Assembly: GCA_964454215.1 (NCBI GenBank)
Contig: CAYVSU010000001.1
Location: 22,238 to 86,237 of the forward strand
Reading direction: 5' to 3'
Origin: an uncultured Oscillospiraceae bacterium
Lineage (GTDB): Bacteria; Bacillota; Clostridia; Oscillospirales; Oscillospiraceae
DNA: 64,000 bases
Below the pieces are notes generated by a model. That model was given only the letters and a program-made list of their open reading frames with translations. It had not been told where the DNA came from and searched no databases. Positions 1-12,897 of this stretch are shown one piece after another; position 1 is the stretch's first letter, and the number at the start of each line of letters is the position of its first letter. A program made the position numbers and the translations under genes.

Positions 1-415
1 CGCAGCCTATATCACAAAATACGCCAAAATCTGCTGGATTTTGCACAGTCGCGTCGATAATATCTCCGGCCCTCAAGCTGTGAAGACAGTAGGCGCGGGC
101 TTCCTCCTGAGCAGTTCTGCGGGAAAGGATGGCGTTTTCATTGCGGTCAAATGCAAGCACTTGAAAGCTGACATTCTTTCCTACCCGGGATACAATGCCG
201 TATTCGTGGATTTTGCCGTTTGCGTCTGGAAGCATTACTTCCTCTTTTGGTATGATTCCGCGGATTGTCCCCAGATCAATATGCAGATTGTGAAATTCAT
301 CGCATTTTACACAGGCAGCTTGAAAAATTTCCCCTGTGTTGATTGCTCGATGCAGCATTTCGGGTGTTGGAAGGGATGTATGATATCCTTCCGGTCGGTA
401 CGAGAACATAATCAT
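1..415 (-). CDS. S1 RNA-binding domain protein (N-terminal part; runs off the window start)
   Basis: Not in ORF track. Manual translation from ATG 415/409 after AAAGGGG RBS: MFSYRPEGY...LGTIRGIIPKEEV...ILSRRTAQEE...GDIIDATVQNPADFGVFCDIGC, typical S1 repeats. Confidence 0.8.
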   Translation of the reverse strand, partial: MIMFSYRPEGYHTSLPTPEMLHRAINTGEIFQAACVKCDEFHNLHIDLGTIRGIIPKEEVMLPDANGKIHEYGIVSRVGKNVSFQVLAFDRNENAILSRRTAQEEARAYCLHSLRAGDIIDATVQNPADFGVFCDIGC

Positions 416-472
416 TCCCCCTTTTTAGATCAGTTTACGGGCCGCATACGGCTCATATGACAGGAGATAGCT

Positions 473-655
473 ATGGATATTCGCCCGGGTGATATTTTAA
501 TTATGAAAAAGGAGCATCCCTGTGGAGAAAAATGCTGGGAGGTTTTGCGTATTGGGGCAGATTTTCGTTTGAAATGCCTTGGATGCGGTCATGAAGTGAT
601 GATACCCCGCTTCAAAGCGGAGAAGAATATCAAATCTGTTCGAAAAGAAAAATGA
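473..655 (+). CDS. DUF951 family protein
   Basis: MKKEHPCG..WEVLRIGADFRLKCLGCGH motif; AGGAG RBS. Confidence 0.9.
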   Translation: MDIRPGDILIMKKEHPCGEKCWEVLRIGADFRLKCLGCGHEVMIPRFKAEKNIKSVRKEK

Positions 656-668
656 ATCGACAATATTT

Positions 669-702
669 AGCGGCAGTTGAGCAAATCAACTGCCGCTTTT
701 TT
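669..702 (+). terminator. Intrinsic terminator
   Basis: AGCGGCAGTTGA/TCAACTGCCGCT stem followed by T-run. Confidence 0.8.
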
Positions 703-827
703 GCGCAGTCATAATTTTTTCGTTGGAACAGGATGGGATAGGCGGGAATTTGCGTTCGCCAGGGACAAGAAAGCGACCATCTTTTTTCAGCGGAGGCATT
801 ATATTGTTCCCGTAAGGCGGTGATGAA

Positions 828-1607
828 ATGACTGTTTACCTGGACCTTTTAATGCTTCTGAATTTTGGGGTCGATTTACTTTTACTGATCGCCAGCGGAC
901 ACCTTGCGGGATACCGTATCGATTGGCGGCGGTATATTGTTGCGGCCGCATTTGGAGCAGTTTATGCAGGTGCTTGTGTTTTGCCCGGTCTTATTTTTTT
1001 GCAAGATGTTATTTGGCGCCTGATCAGCTTAATTTTGATGTCTGTTATTGCCTTTGGTTGGCGTTTCAGTACTGTTAGACGCGGCGTGTTGTTTTCTTTT
1101 TTAAGCTTCGCACTGGGCGGGGCCGCAATGGGGATCAACCGGAATGATTTTATTTCATTGCTTTTATGTTCCGGAGTAATCGTGTTTCTGTGTCTGTTTG
1201 GTTTTGGAGGCAGGGTGGAGAACAGAGAGTATTTACCTGTTGAACTGCAGCTGAATAATAAAAAAATCCGTATCATTGCGCTGTTGGACACGGGAAATAC
1301 ATTGAAAGATCCGCTAACCGGAGAGCAGGTGCTGGTAGTGGGCAGTGATATCGCGTGGGATATGCTGGGGTTGACGCAGCAGCAACTTGCAGATCCTATC
1401 GCCACTATGACCTGGTTGCCTTTTCCTGGCCTGCGGCTGATTCCGTACAGCTCTGTTGGAAGACCCTCCGGTATGCTGCTTGGCGTGTCTATGGATAGCG
1501 TGACGGTTGCGGGAAAACCGGCAGGGAAGGTGGTGGCATTTGCGCCGGATGTATTTCGGAATTCAGAAGGGTATCAAGGATTATCGGGAGGTATTCGTGA
1601 ATGCTGA
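828..1607 (+). CDS. spoIIGA: Pro-sigma-E processing peptidase SpoIIGA
   Basis: N-terminal VYLD..LNF, transmembrane helices, [12 protein letters not shown] aspartic motif, RLIPYSSVG; overlaps sigE; Spo0A-box-like TTCGCCA at 756-762. Confidence 0.93.
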   Translation: MTVYLDLLMLLNFGVDLLLLIASGHLAGYRIDWRRYIVAAAFGAVYAGACVLPGLIFLQDVIWRLISLILMSVIAFGWRFSTVRRGVLFSFLSFALGGAAMGINRNDFISLLLCSGVIVFLCLFGFGGRVENREYLPVELQLNNKKIRIIALLDTGNTLKDPLTGEQVLVVGSDIAWDMLGLTQQQLADPIATMTWLPFPGLRLIPYSSVGRPSGMLLGVSMDSVTVAGKPAGKVVAFAPDVFRNSEGYQGLSGGIREC

Positions 1608-2308
1608 ATTTAAAAGAGTTGTTGAGAAAAATCGGTATTTTGCCGGAAGAAACGATTTATTACATAGGTGGAAGCGATATTCTGCCGCCGCCTCTGAAAG
1701 GGCAGGATGAGGAAGATGCGTTGGAAGCGTTGGAGCAGGGAGATGATCAGGCAAAACAGCTTTTGATCGAACGAAATCTGCGATTGGTTGTTTACATTTC
1801 CCGCCGGTTTGAAAATACAGGAGTCAATCTGGAAGATCTGATTTCCATTGGTACGATCGGTTTGATCAAGGCGGTTAGCACATTCCGCCGAGATAGAAAC
1901 ATTAAATTGGCGACATATGCATCCCGCTGCATTGAAAACGAGATACTGATGCATATCCGTAAAATTGCGTGCCAAAAGGCAGAGGTTTCCCTGGATGAAC
2001 CGATCAATATGGACTATGACGGTAATGAATTGCTGCTGTCGGACATTCTTGGCACGGACGAGGATATGGTGATGCGTCCGCTGGAGGATGATGTGGACCT
2101 TTGTGTTCTGCGGCAGGTATTATCAAACCTGTCTGACAGGGAACGGGAGATCATATCTATGCGTTATGGACTTGAGGGCAGACAGGAACTGACCCAAAAG
2201 GAGGTAGCGCAAAAACTGGGTATATCCCAATCCTACATTTCCAGACTGGAAAAGAAAATTATGATTCGAATGCGAAAGGAATTTATTCGTCACACTTCCT
2301 GCGCATAA
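1601..2308 (+). CDS. sigE: Sporulation sigma factor SigE
   Basis: [53 protein letters not shown]; follows spoIIGA. Confidence 0.95.
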   Translation: MLNLKELLRKIGILPEETIYYIGGSDILPPPLKGQDEEDALEALEQGDDQAKQLLIERNLRLVVYISRRFENTGVNLEDLISIGTIGLIKAVSTFRRDRNIKLATYASRCIENEILMHIRKIACQKAEVSLDEPINMDYDGNELLLSDILGTDEDMVMRPLEDDVDLCVLRQVLSNLSDREREIISMRYGLEGRQELTQKEVAQKLGISQSYISRLEKKIMIRMRKEFIRHTSCA

Positions 2309-2313
2309 AATAC

Positions 2314-2380
2314 TTGCAATTTGGGAATTTCTCCTTTATAATCGATACAAAAGCATATCGATAACAAATCATATCGATAT
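2314..2380 (+). promoter_or_regulatory. Sigma-A promoter with three ATCGATA repeats at 16-bp spacing
   Basis: TTGCAA-17-TATAAT (2314-2342); ATCGATA at 2341, 2357, 2373. Confidence 0.65.
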
Positions 2381-2394
2381 AATGGAGGAAATTT

Positions 2395-3036
2395 ATGGAG
2401 AAGAAAGAAATATCAAAAGCCGTGCTGAAACGGCTGCCCGGTTATTTGGCTTACCTGAAGTCGTTGCCGGAGAATGACGTCAGATACATTTCTGCCACGA
2501 CTCTTGCCAGCGCCCTGGGGATGGGCGAGGTTCAGGTGCGAAAGGATCTTGCAATGGTATCCAACGGCGGTCGCCCGAAGGTGGGCTATGTACGTCGCAG
2601 TCTGATCAATGATATTGAGCAGTTTCTGGGATATGACAACACAACCGATGCCGTTTTGATCGGCGCCGGTAAGCTGGGTCAGGCACTGTGCGGATACAGC
2701 GGCTTCAGCGCGTACGGATTAAATATTCTGGCAGCCTTCGATGCTAATCCTTCCGGTGCGTTTACCGGCGAGGGAAAACCCATCTATCCGATGGACCAGT
2801 TGTCTGCGTTTTGCAAGGCGAATAAGGTGCTGATGGGAATTATCACTGTGCCTGCTGCAACTGCCCAGGAGGTCTGTAATGCTTTGATCGAAAGTGGCAT
2901 TAAGGCAATTTGGAACTTTGCACCGACTCACCTGGAGGTTCCGGAAAATATCCTGGTCCAACAGGAAAATATGGCAACATCTCTTGCTGTGCTTTCTATG
3001 CACCTGCAGGCCCACATCAAGGAGCAAAAGGAATAA
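2395..3036 (+). CDS. rex: Redox-sensing repressor Rex family protein
   Basis: KRLPGY winged HTH, VRKDL, GAGKLGQAL Rossmann motif, AIWNFAP. Confidence 0.88.
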   Translation: MEKKEISKAVLKRLPGYLAYLKSLPENDVRYISATTLASALGMGEVQVRKDLAMVSNGGRPKVGYVRRSLINDIEQFLGYDNTTDAVLIGAGKLGQALCGYSGFSAYGLNILAAFDANPSGAFTGEGKPIYPMDQLSAFCKANKVLMGIITVPAATAQEVCNALIESGIKAIWNFAPTHLEVPENILVQQENMATSLAVLSMHLQAHIKEQKE

Positions 3037-3040
3037 AAAG

Positions 3041-3070
3041 AAGAGCGATTCAGTTTTGAATCGCTCTTTT
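3041..3070. terminator. Bidirectional terminator
   Basis: AAGAGCGATTCA/TGAATCGCTCTT between convergent genes. Confidence 0.8.
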
Positions 3071-3076
3071 GCTATG

Positions 3077-3898
3077 TTATTCATAAATTTCATCCGGTTC
3101 ATCCGCGTATTGTGTCTCCTGGGAATGATCGATCGCGGGACAAAGGTCTCTGTAAAATGCGGCACGGGCAGCGGCGGCATATGCAGCCACAAAAACATTA
3201 CCGACACCCAGTGTCAGCAATCCCAGAAGATGCCAGGGAACAAAGCTCATATCCAGGCAGAACAGTCTCCATTTGTGCCCCTTAAGCAGCTTTGCAGACT
3301 CTCTGACAGCCAGTTCCGGACGAAGATATGGCTCTTCCCAAAGGATGAACATTGTCATTGCATACCGATACTGGAGGAAGACTCCGATAAAAATCCCCAA
3401 AAAAGGAAGCATAGAGCGGCAAATCGTGACAAAAGCATAGATAATAAAATTGGCCAGCAAGGACGAGGTATACAAGCCCTTTCCGGAAATCAGATCCTTG
3501 ACAGATGCTTTATTGCCGTCATACTGGTTCAATAGGAATATGCTGTGTCCTAAAGAAATGAAACCGCCCAGCATAATTGTGACAAACATAATGATCTCAC
3601 TGAGCATAGGTGTAGCGCTTAGATCGAAATAGTCCTGGATGCTGGTGGTATCATTAGTAGTTGTAGTTTCCGAAGGCGTCGTTTCTGCAGATGCGGATTC
3701 TGTCGGTTCGCTTCCTTCTTTTGCCTCGTGATTATACTGCTGAATGGTTTTGTAGATGGAAACACCTGTGTTGGCGTAACTGTAAATGTCGTAAGCAGTG
3801 CCGCACAGAAGCAGAACGATCAGCATCACTATGGCAGATCTCAGCCAAGTGCCTTTCATATTCTCCCGTGCGATCCGACGATAATCCTTTGCGCGCAT
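3077..3898 (-). CDS. DUF975 family membrane protein
   Basis: ARENMKGTW, RYAMT.FIL.E.P, SAKLLKGHKWRLF.LD.SF..W motifs; Ser/Thr/Glu-rich insert. Confidence 0.85.
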   Translation of the reverse strand: MRAKDYRRIARENMKGTWLRSAIVMLIVLLLCGTAYDIYSYANTGVSIYKTIQQYNHEAKEGSEPTESASAETTPSETTTTNDTTSIQDYFDLSATPMLSEIIMFVTIMLGGFISLGHSIFLLNQYDGNKASVKDLISGKGLYTSSLLANFIIYAFVTICRSMLPFLGIFIGVFLQYRYAMTMFILWEEPYLRPELAVRESAKLLKGHKWRLFCLDMSFVPWHLLGLLTLGVGNVFVAAYAAAARAAFYRDLCPAIDHSQETQYADEPDEIYE

Positions 3899-4042
3899 AT
3901 TGCTTCCTCCAATGGTATAATTACCGTTATTATAGCAGAAAAGGAAAAGAATGCAAGATATCTGTCTGGCGCAAAATAAAACTTTACTGTTTGTTCAAAA
4001 TGCGATAGAATGTAGATATTACATAGATAAACAGGTGCTACT

Positions 4043-6451
4043 ATGACGCAGGAAATGGAACAACGATTTATCATTGCACGGCGCAGTTACATTGCCCGGC
4101 AGTTTTCTAACTTAAACGATATGCAGCAACAGGCCGTTCTAGCCACAGACGGCCCACTTCTGCTGCTTGCCGGCGCGGGCAGTGGAAAAACAACTGTGCT
4201 GATCCATCGTATCGCCAATTTGATGCGGTTTGGCAGAGCCAGTGATTCATTGGACATTCCCGATACTGTAACAGAGGAAGATGTAGCTTTTCTGGAGTCA
4301 CTGGCAGAGCCTTTAACGGATTACGAGCGATCACGGGCAGACTATCTTTGCGCGCTGGAGCCTGCTCTGCCTTGGAGCATAATTGCCATTACTTTTACCA
4401 ACAAGGCCGCAAACGAGTTGAAAGAGCGACTTAGCCTGATGCTTGGCCCCGAAGCGCAGGATGTTTGGGCAATGACATTCCATTCGGCCTGCTGCCGGAT
4501 CTTACGGCGGGACATAGAACGGCTTGGCTATGCGCGGAGTTTTACGATCTATGATACTTCCGACTCCGAGCGGGTTATGAAAGATATTATCAAGGATATG
4601 GGCTTGGATGACAAAACCTTTCCTGCCCGTTATGTCCTGAATGCGATCAGCCGGGAAAAGGATCGAATGGTCTCGCCGGATGATCTGCTAGAATACGCTG
4701 AAAACAGCAGCGATCTGAAGCTTTTGCCTGTCGCCAAAGCGTATAAGCGTTATCAGACAAAATTAAAGGAAAATAATGCGCTGGATTTTGATGACATCAT
4801 TCTATTGACGGTCAAACTCCTGCAGGAGAACGACGATATTCGAGCGTATTATCAGCGGAAATTTCGGTATGCTCTGGTGGACGAGTATCAGGATACCAAC
4901 CATTTGCAGTATTTGTTGACTTCGCTGCTGGCCGGCGGATACGAAAATATTTGCGTGGTTGGTGACGATGATCAGAGCATTTATCGCTTCCGCGGTGCAA
5001 CCATCGAGAATATATTGGACTTCGAAAAGCAGTATCGTGGCGCACGGGTCATCCGTTTGGAGCAGAACTACCGTTCAACACAGGCTATTTTGAATGCAGC
5101 CAATGCAGTGATTGCCCATAATATTGGCAGAAAAGGCAAGCGGTTGTGGACAGCAAACGGTGCCGGTAAACCCATTACCGTCTACGAGGCTTCTGATGAA
5201 GGCTCGGAGGCAAATTATGTTGCCGGTCAGATTATGACCCGTTCCAAGGGTAAAAATTTCAGAGATTACGCTATTTTGTACCGTACCAATGCGCAATCCA
5301 ACGCATTGGAATATGCGATGAAGCGAAACGGCATCCCATACCGCGTTATTGGCGGCACCCGATTCTTTGACCGTGCAGAAGTTAAGGATATGTTGGCGTA
5401 TCTTTGTGTTATTAACAATCGGGCAGATGATTTGCGCCTGCAGCGGATCATTAACAATCCTCCCAGGGGGCTGGGTGCCAAATCTGTTGATGTTGCCCAG
5501 CGTTTGGCTACAGCGGAGCATAAACCGCTTTATAGCATTGTTTCCGATCCCTATGCCTACGCGCCACTGGAAAAGCCTGCCGGAAAATTCCTGCAGTTTT
5601 CCGCTATCATTGAGGGATTGGACCAGCTTTTGGACGAGGGTATGAGCCTTCCGGATTTTTACGAGGAGGTTATGCTTCGCACAGGCTATGCGGATATGCT
5701 CAAGGCAAAGGATACGGAAGAAAGCCGTACGCGGTTGGAAAATATTCGGGAATTAAAGTCCAGTATTCACGCTTATGTGGAGAATGCGGATGTTCCCTCG
5801 CTGGCAGGTTTTTTGGAAGAAATTGCTCTGTATACGGATATCGAGGAATATAATGACTCCGATGATGCCATTGTAATGATGACGATGCATTCGTCCAAGG
5901 GCCTTGAATTTCCCAATGTATTCTTGGTTGGATTTGAGGATGGTTTGTTTCCCGGTATGCGAGCTATTGGTGATCGGGAGGAGATGGAGGAGGAGCGTCG
6001 ACTCTGTTACGTTGCCATCACGCGCGCTAAACAAACCTTAACGATCAGTCACGCGCGGCAGAGAATGCTGTACGGAAAAACGTCTGCCGCGATGCCATCC
6101 CGGTTTCTACGGGAATTACCGGAAGAGGAGATCGTAAAGAAGGGCGGGTATACGCAGGCACGCTCCGTCGATTCCTTCGGAAACTATCGCAGCTTCCCGG
6201 ATAGCAATCCTTACCGAAATGCACCCAGAGCGGTTGCGTTCCAGGATAAGCCTACAGTATTTTCCACCGCGCAGTCTGCCTGCCCGGATTTTTCCAAGGG
6301 CGATATGGTGCTGCACACTGCTTTTGGCAGGGGAATGGTGCTGTCAGTTCTGAAAATGGGCGGCGACGCATTGCTTGAGATTGCCTTTGACACAGTCGGT
6401 ACCCGGAAATTGATGGCGAAGGCTGCGGCGCCCCATATGAAAAAACAGTGA
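4043..6451 (+). CDS. pcrA: ATP-dependent DNA helicase PcrA/UvrD
   Basis: LAGAGSGKT, TFTNKAA, VDEYQD, VGDDDQSIY, LEQNYRS, EEERRLCYVAITRA; promoter TTTACT-17-TAGAAT at 3983-4011. Confidence 0.96.
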   Translation: MTQEMEQRFIIARRSYIARQFSNLNDMQQQAVLATDGPLLLLAGAGSGKTTVLIHRIANLMRFGRASDSLDIPDTVTEEDVAFLESLAEPLTDYERSRADYLCALEPALPWSIIAITFTNKAANELKERLSLMLGPEAQDVWAMTFHSACCRILRRDIERLGYARSFTIYDTSDSERVMKDIIKDMGLDDKTFPARYVLNAISREKDRMVSPDDLLEYAENSSDLKLLPVAKAYKRYQTKLKENNALDFDDIILLTVKLLQENDDIRAYYQRKFRYALVDEYQDTNHLQYLLTSLLAGGYENICVVGDDDQSIYRFRGATIENILDFEKQYRGARVIRLEQNYRSTQAILNAANAVIAHNIGRKGKRLWTANGAGKPITVYEASDEGSEANYVAGQIMTRSKGKNFRDYAILYRTNAQSNALEYAMKRNGIPYRVIGGTRFFDRAEVKDMLAYLCVINNRADDLRLQRIINNPPRGLGAKSVDVAQRLATAEHKPLYSIVSDPYAYAPLEKPAGKFLQFSAIIEGLDQLLDEGMSLPDFYEEVMLRTGYADMLKAKDTEESRTRLENIRELKSSIHAYVENADVPSLAGFLEEIALYTDIEEYNDSDDAIVMMTMHSSKGLEFPNVFLVGFEDGLFPGMRAIGDREEMEEERRLCYVAITRAKQTLTISHARQRMLYGKTSAAMPSRFLRELPEEEIVKKGGYTQARSVDSFGNYRSFPDSNPYRNAPRAVAFQDKPTVFSTAQSACPDFSKGDMVLHTAFGRGMVLSVLKMGGDALLEIAFDTVGTRKLMAKAAAPHMKKQ

Positions 6452-6493
6452 TTTTTGCATAATTCGGGTCATAGACTTTTTAGAGGTGATCCT

Positions 6494-9093
<2,600 letters not shown>

Positions 9094-9111
9094 CAAAAGA
9101 GAGGAAATACT

Positions 9112-10212
9112 ATGTACGAAAAGAAGCTTGGTTTTGGTTTGATGCGCTTACCGCTGCTGGATCAGAATGACAAAGGCAGTTTGGATTTGGAAACTGTAAA
9201 AAAGATGGTGGACGCCTTCCTGGAACGTGGATTTACCTATTTTGACACGGCCTATATGTACTGCGACGGCAAGAGCGAATCTGCGGTCAAGGAAGTGCTG
9301 ACAAAGCGTTATCCTCGCAGTAGCTTTTCCGTTACCTCCAAATTACCTTCCTATCCGTTGAAGGAATTGGCTGACCGTGATCGCATTTTTGATGAACAGC
9401 GGTTGAAGACAGGACTTGACTATTTTGATGTATATCTGCTTCATAATATCAGCGAAAAAACTGTGGATGCCTTCGAAAAATTTGATTGCTTTGCCTGGAT
9501 CAAGGAAAAGAAAACTGGCGGACTTGCAAAGAAAATCGGTTTTTCCTTCCACGGCGGACCGCAATTGCTGGACAGAGTGTTACGCGAGCATCCGGAATTT
9601 GACTTTGTGCAGCTGCAGATCAACTATCTTGATTGGGAAAGTGAGAGCGTTCAGTCCCGGGCCTGCTATGAAGTTGCAGTAAAACATAACAAGAAAATTA
9701 TTATTATGGAGCCGGTGAAGGGCGGTGCCCTTGCTAATGTACCGGACGCTGTTAAGACAATGTTTCAAGCCGCAGATCCCAGTATGAGCATTTCTTCCTG
9801 GGCTATCCGTTTTGCTGCGGGGCTTCCCAATGTAGCTATGGTTCTCAGCGGTATGAGCGATATGCAGCAAATTCTGGATAATACGGACTATATGATGGAT
9901 TTTGTACCTTTGAACGAAAGCCAGAGTCAAATGGTCCACTTTGCCGCGGACATTATTCGTGGTAACATTCCGATTGCCTGCACCGGCTGTGCTTACTGTA
10001 CGGTGAAATGCCCACGGAATATTGCCATTCCACAGTATTTTTCCCTTTATAACCAGCATAAGCAGGGCAAACAGATTCAGAAAGCATATCAAGATGTTGC
10101 CAGTGAGTACGGTGTTCCCGGCGATTGTGTTGGTTGTCGCCAATGTGAGGATATCTGTCCCCAAAATTTACCGATCCGCGAATTGCTTCAGCACATTCAG
10201 GGGGAGCTCTGA
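9112..10212 (+). CDS. Aldo/keto reductase with C-terminal 4Fe-4S domain
   Basis: LGFGLMRLP, YFDTAY, IGFSFH, MEPVKGG, CTGCAYC..C and CVGCRQCEDICP. Confidence 0.92.
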   Translation: MYEKKLGFGLMRLPLLDQNDKGSLDLETVKKMVDAFLERGFTYFDTAYMYCDGKSESAVKEVLTKRYPRSSFSVTSKLPSYPLKELADRDRIFDEQRLKTGLDYFDVYLLHNISEKTVDAFEKFDCFAWIKEKKTGGLAKKIGFSFHGGPQLLDRVLREHPEFDFVQLQINYLDWESESVQSRACYEVAVKHNKKIIIMEPVKGGALANVPDAVKTMFQAADPSMSISSWAIRFAAGLPNVAMVLSGMSDMQQILDNTDYMMDFVPLNESQSQMVHFAADIIRGNIPIACTGCAYCTVKCPRNIAIPQYFSLYNQHKQGKQIQKAYQDVASEYGVPGDCVGCRQCEDICPQNLPIRELLQHIQGEL

Positions 10213-10225
10213 ATTACATACAGTA

Positions 10226-10253
10226 AAAATCCCCCGGGTCACCGGGGGATTTT
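10226..10253. terminator. Bidirectional terminator
   Basis: AAAATCCCCCGG/CCGGGGGATTTT. Confidence 0.8.
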
Positions 10254-10271
10254 CGTTAAGATAGTTATTGA

Positions 10272-10736
10272 TCAATCTTTATTCCGGATCTTCAGTTCAC
10301 AGATATCCTGAAACGCTACAAGGGACAAAAGAGTAACACCCAGCGCCTGATAACCAAGACTGACTGAGAAGGTATTCTCCAGCTTCGCAAAGAACATAGT
10401 AACCCAGAGCATAGGCATCAGCATAACACTGGAGAGTGTAATGGGAAAAATCAGTATGTAGAGCCAAATCATCGCTTTGACCACCAAACTGATAACCAAC
10501 AGGGGAATCCAGTTTTCCCAAAGACCGTTTGCCCAGCCTAAAGACTTCGGTGCAATAAAGGTTACCCAACGAACGAAGATCCAGAAGAATGCCCCGATCA
10601 TTGTAGCACTGCCAATGGCGACCGTAACATTGATGACAGCATCGCCGAATGTTTCAGACTGTGTCGGGAGCTCGCTCAGAAAGCTGTAGTCCAGCAACAA
10701 CGTAGCGATGGCTGTGATGATCAGTCTGACGATCGT
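10272..10736 (-). CDS. Hypothetical 4-TM membrane protein; start uncertain or possibly mutated
   Basis: Hydrophobic ORF; AAGGAG RBS is followed by ACG (10736) rather than ATG. Confidence 0.4.
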   Translation of the reverse strand, partial: TIVRLIITAIATLLLDYSFLSELPTQSETFGDAVINVTVAIGSATMIGAFFWIFVRWVTFIAPKSLGWANGLWENWIPLLVISLVVKAMIWLYILIFPITLSSVMLMPMLWVTMFFAKLENTFSVSLGYQALGVTLLSLVAFQDICELKIRNKD

Positions 10737-10880
10737 GGACTCCTTCCCCCTCTCACTGCGCAATACGGCAGAACTGATAAAGCAAAGATTTGGCTTGTAA
10801 AGCCTTAAAAATTTCTTGTCACATTTTATCGCGTGTGATATAATCTGAAAGAACATAGGAAATTCGGAGTGTTTTGAACA

Positions 10881-11777
10881 ATGACGGTAGTATTGGAACA
10901 GCTGTTAATACTGTATATCTTTCTTTTCCTCGGATGGCTATTCGGGAAAATAAAAAAGACCTTGCCGTTGCAAACGGGAATATTATCTTTTTTGTTGGTT
11001 AATTTGTTTTTGCCTACCAAGTTGTTTATAAGCTTTTCAAAAAACTTTACCGTTTCTTATTTCAAGGAACGCTATATGGCGATAATTATTTCCGTAGTAC
11101 TTCTTTTGATACTGCATTTTGCTTCGAAATACGCATCAAAGTTGCTTACAAAAAAGAGCTACGAGCAAAAGGTATACCGATATACGCTTACCATCGCAAA
11201 CTACGCAGGTATGGGCTACGCTCTTGCCGAAAGCTTGTTCGGTGAAGCGGGACTTGCGGATATGATACTTTTCTGTATACCCTTTGTCATATATACTTAT
11301 ACCTTCGGCTATGCTATGCTTACGGGAGAGGGAATCTCGGCAAAGAGAATATTTAACCCCATTACCATTGCGATAATACTCGGCATAGTATTCGGCCTTT
11401 TGGGGATCTCCGTTCCTGACACTGTCAACGGAATACTTAATATGTCTTCCGCCTGCGCTGCGCCCGTCAGTATGGTGCTTACGGGACTTACCTTGTCAAT
11501 GTTTTCTTTTAAGGAGCTGATAGGAAATATAAAGCCGTATATAGTAGTGGCACTTCGCTTGGTAGTGTTTCCCGCAATTATATTCGGTGTCTGCAAGCTG
11601 TTCAGGCTTGATATAATCAATTCCGCGTTGCTAATGTCCTGTATGCCCAGCGGACTTAACACTATCGTTTTTCCCCGCCTTGTGGACGAGGATTGCAAGC
11701 CGGGTGCACGCCTTGTTTTGATTTCTCATATATTTTCGCTGACGACAATACCTTTGTGGTTATCTTTACTGATGTAA
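10881..11777 (+). CDS. AEC (auxin efflux carrier) family transporter
   Basis: About 10 TM helices, NYAGMGY, FNPITIA, MPSGLNT; promoter TTGTCA-17-TATAAT at 10816-10844. Confidence 0.88.
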   Translation: MTVVLEQLLILYIFLFLGWLFGKIKKTLPLQTGILSFLLVNLFLPTKLFISFSKNFTVSYFKERYMAIIISVVLLLILHFASKYASKLLTKKSYEQKVYRYTLTIANYAGMGYALAESLFGEAGLADMILFCIPFVIYTYTFGYAMLTGEGISAKRIFNPITIAIILGIVFGLLGISVPDTVNGILNMSSACAAPVSMVLTGLTLSMFSFKELIGNIKPYIVVALRLVVFPAIIFGVCKLFRLDIINSALLMSCMPSGLNTIVFPRLVDEDCKPGARLVLISHIFSLTTIPLWLSLLM

Positions 11778-11793
11778 AGGAAAGCTTTTTGTT

Positions 11794-12308
11794 AAGCAAA
11801 TTCTAATTCTTTGCGAATACAACAGCTTTTTCTGCGATGCAATGGAGCACGTTCCCACTGCCGCACTTTCTTTGGACTACGAAAATGTAAAATTCGGCAA
11901 TCTTTACGTAGGCGGTTGCTCTATCCGCAAGCACCTTTCCACGCCGAAAACAACGTTCCCGCCTACGGTTAATATACAAACAACGGCGAGGGCTGGACGA
12001 TAAGATCGGGCTGCAGCATACTTGAAGCTGTAAAGAACGAGGATTGGATCTCCATTCAGCACGGTACCGCCGACGGAAGCTGATATGCGGATACGGCGTA
12101 TTACGAAAAGCTTCCCGCTTTGTACGCATATATCAAATCCATCGCTTCACCCAATACAAAAACTGCTTTTAATATGGCTTGAGTAGGGGATATGGACCAC
12201 CACGAGGAAATTCCTTCCTATAACGGCGATCAGCTAAAAATGTACACGGATATAACCGAGGTAAGAGAGAGCCACGGTGTCTGCATTGATCTTGTTAATC
12301 TAAAGTAA
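11794..12308 (+). pseudogene. Degraded DUF4886-like (SGNH-type) gene
   Basis: Manual translation: NSFFCDAMEH...GNLYVGGCSIRKH, frameshift near 11940, then SILEAVKNEDWISIQHG...YNGDQLKMY with in-frame stops at 11970, 12081, 12180. Confidence 0.65.
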
Positions 12309-12661
12309 AGTTGCCAGCAACTACACCATTTATTCGAATGTAGCACAAAAAATCCCGCCTTCAAACACACAGTTTGCAGGTGGGATTTTGTACATCACAC
12401 AGTTCGTTTGCTCATTCATAAAAAATAGGTTTTTGTTAAAATCACATTTTCCCTCAAAATTTTCCATATGCACCCTCGACACGCCGTATTATTCGGTTAA
12501 AATAATGATTTTTTTATTGAGCGTTTGTTTTTAGAAAAAGCCCGTTTTACGCGGTAATTAAAGGCTTTTTCGGCTTTACCCAGTCGCCTAAGGAATCTCA
12601 CGGAAAATCATTCTGAAAAAATTTTTAAAAATAAAAGCTGCGTTAAAACGCAGCTTTATGC

Positions 12662-12871
12662 TTAGAGGGAATAATCTTCTTTATTGTATTTTTCAAAGTC
12701 AGGGGCTTTGGGTTTTAGTGGCACTCGTTTCAAAGGGTCATAAGAAAATTTGCGGCATTTCTTATCTGAAGGCATAATACCTTTTTTAGGGCAAAGAGTT
12801 TTATCATTCTCAAACTTTGTGCCGTGTTTACAGTAACTACAGGATTTCTGGATTTTTTTACGAAACAGCAT
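12662..12871 (-). CDS. Small Cys-rich hypothetical protein
   Basis: CSYC..LCPKKG..CRKFSYDPLKRVP; terminator hairpin at about 12633-12658. Confidence 0.75.
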   Translation of the reverse strand: MLFRKKIQKSCSYCKHGTKFENDKTLCPKKGIMPSDKKCRKFSYDPLKRVPLKPKAPDFEKYNKEDYSL

Positions 12872-12897
12872 TGAAGTCCCCACCTTTCTTATGGAAA

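Noticed and set aside
41..460. Track ORF of 139 aa on the + strand
   Set aside because: Antisense shadow of the real - strand S1-domain gene.
4220..4370. About 45-aa insertion in PcrA after the Walker A region as intein or mobile insert
   Set aside because: Too short and lacks intein terminal motifs; probably a lineage-specific loop.
11803..12129. Track ORF of 108 aa on the - strand
   Set aside because: The + strand carries recognisable pseudogene motifs; this frame has none.
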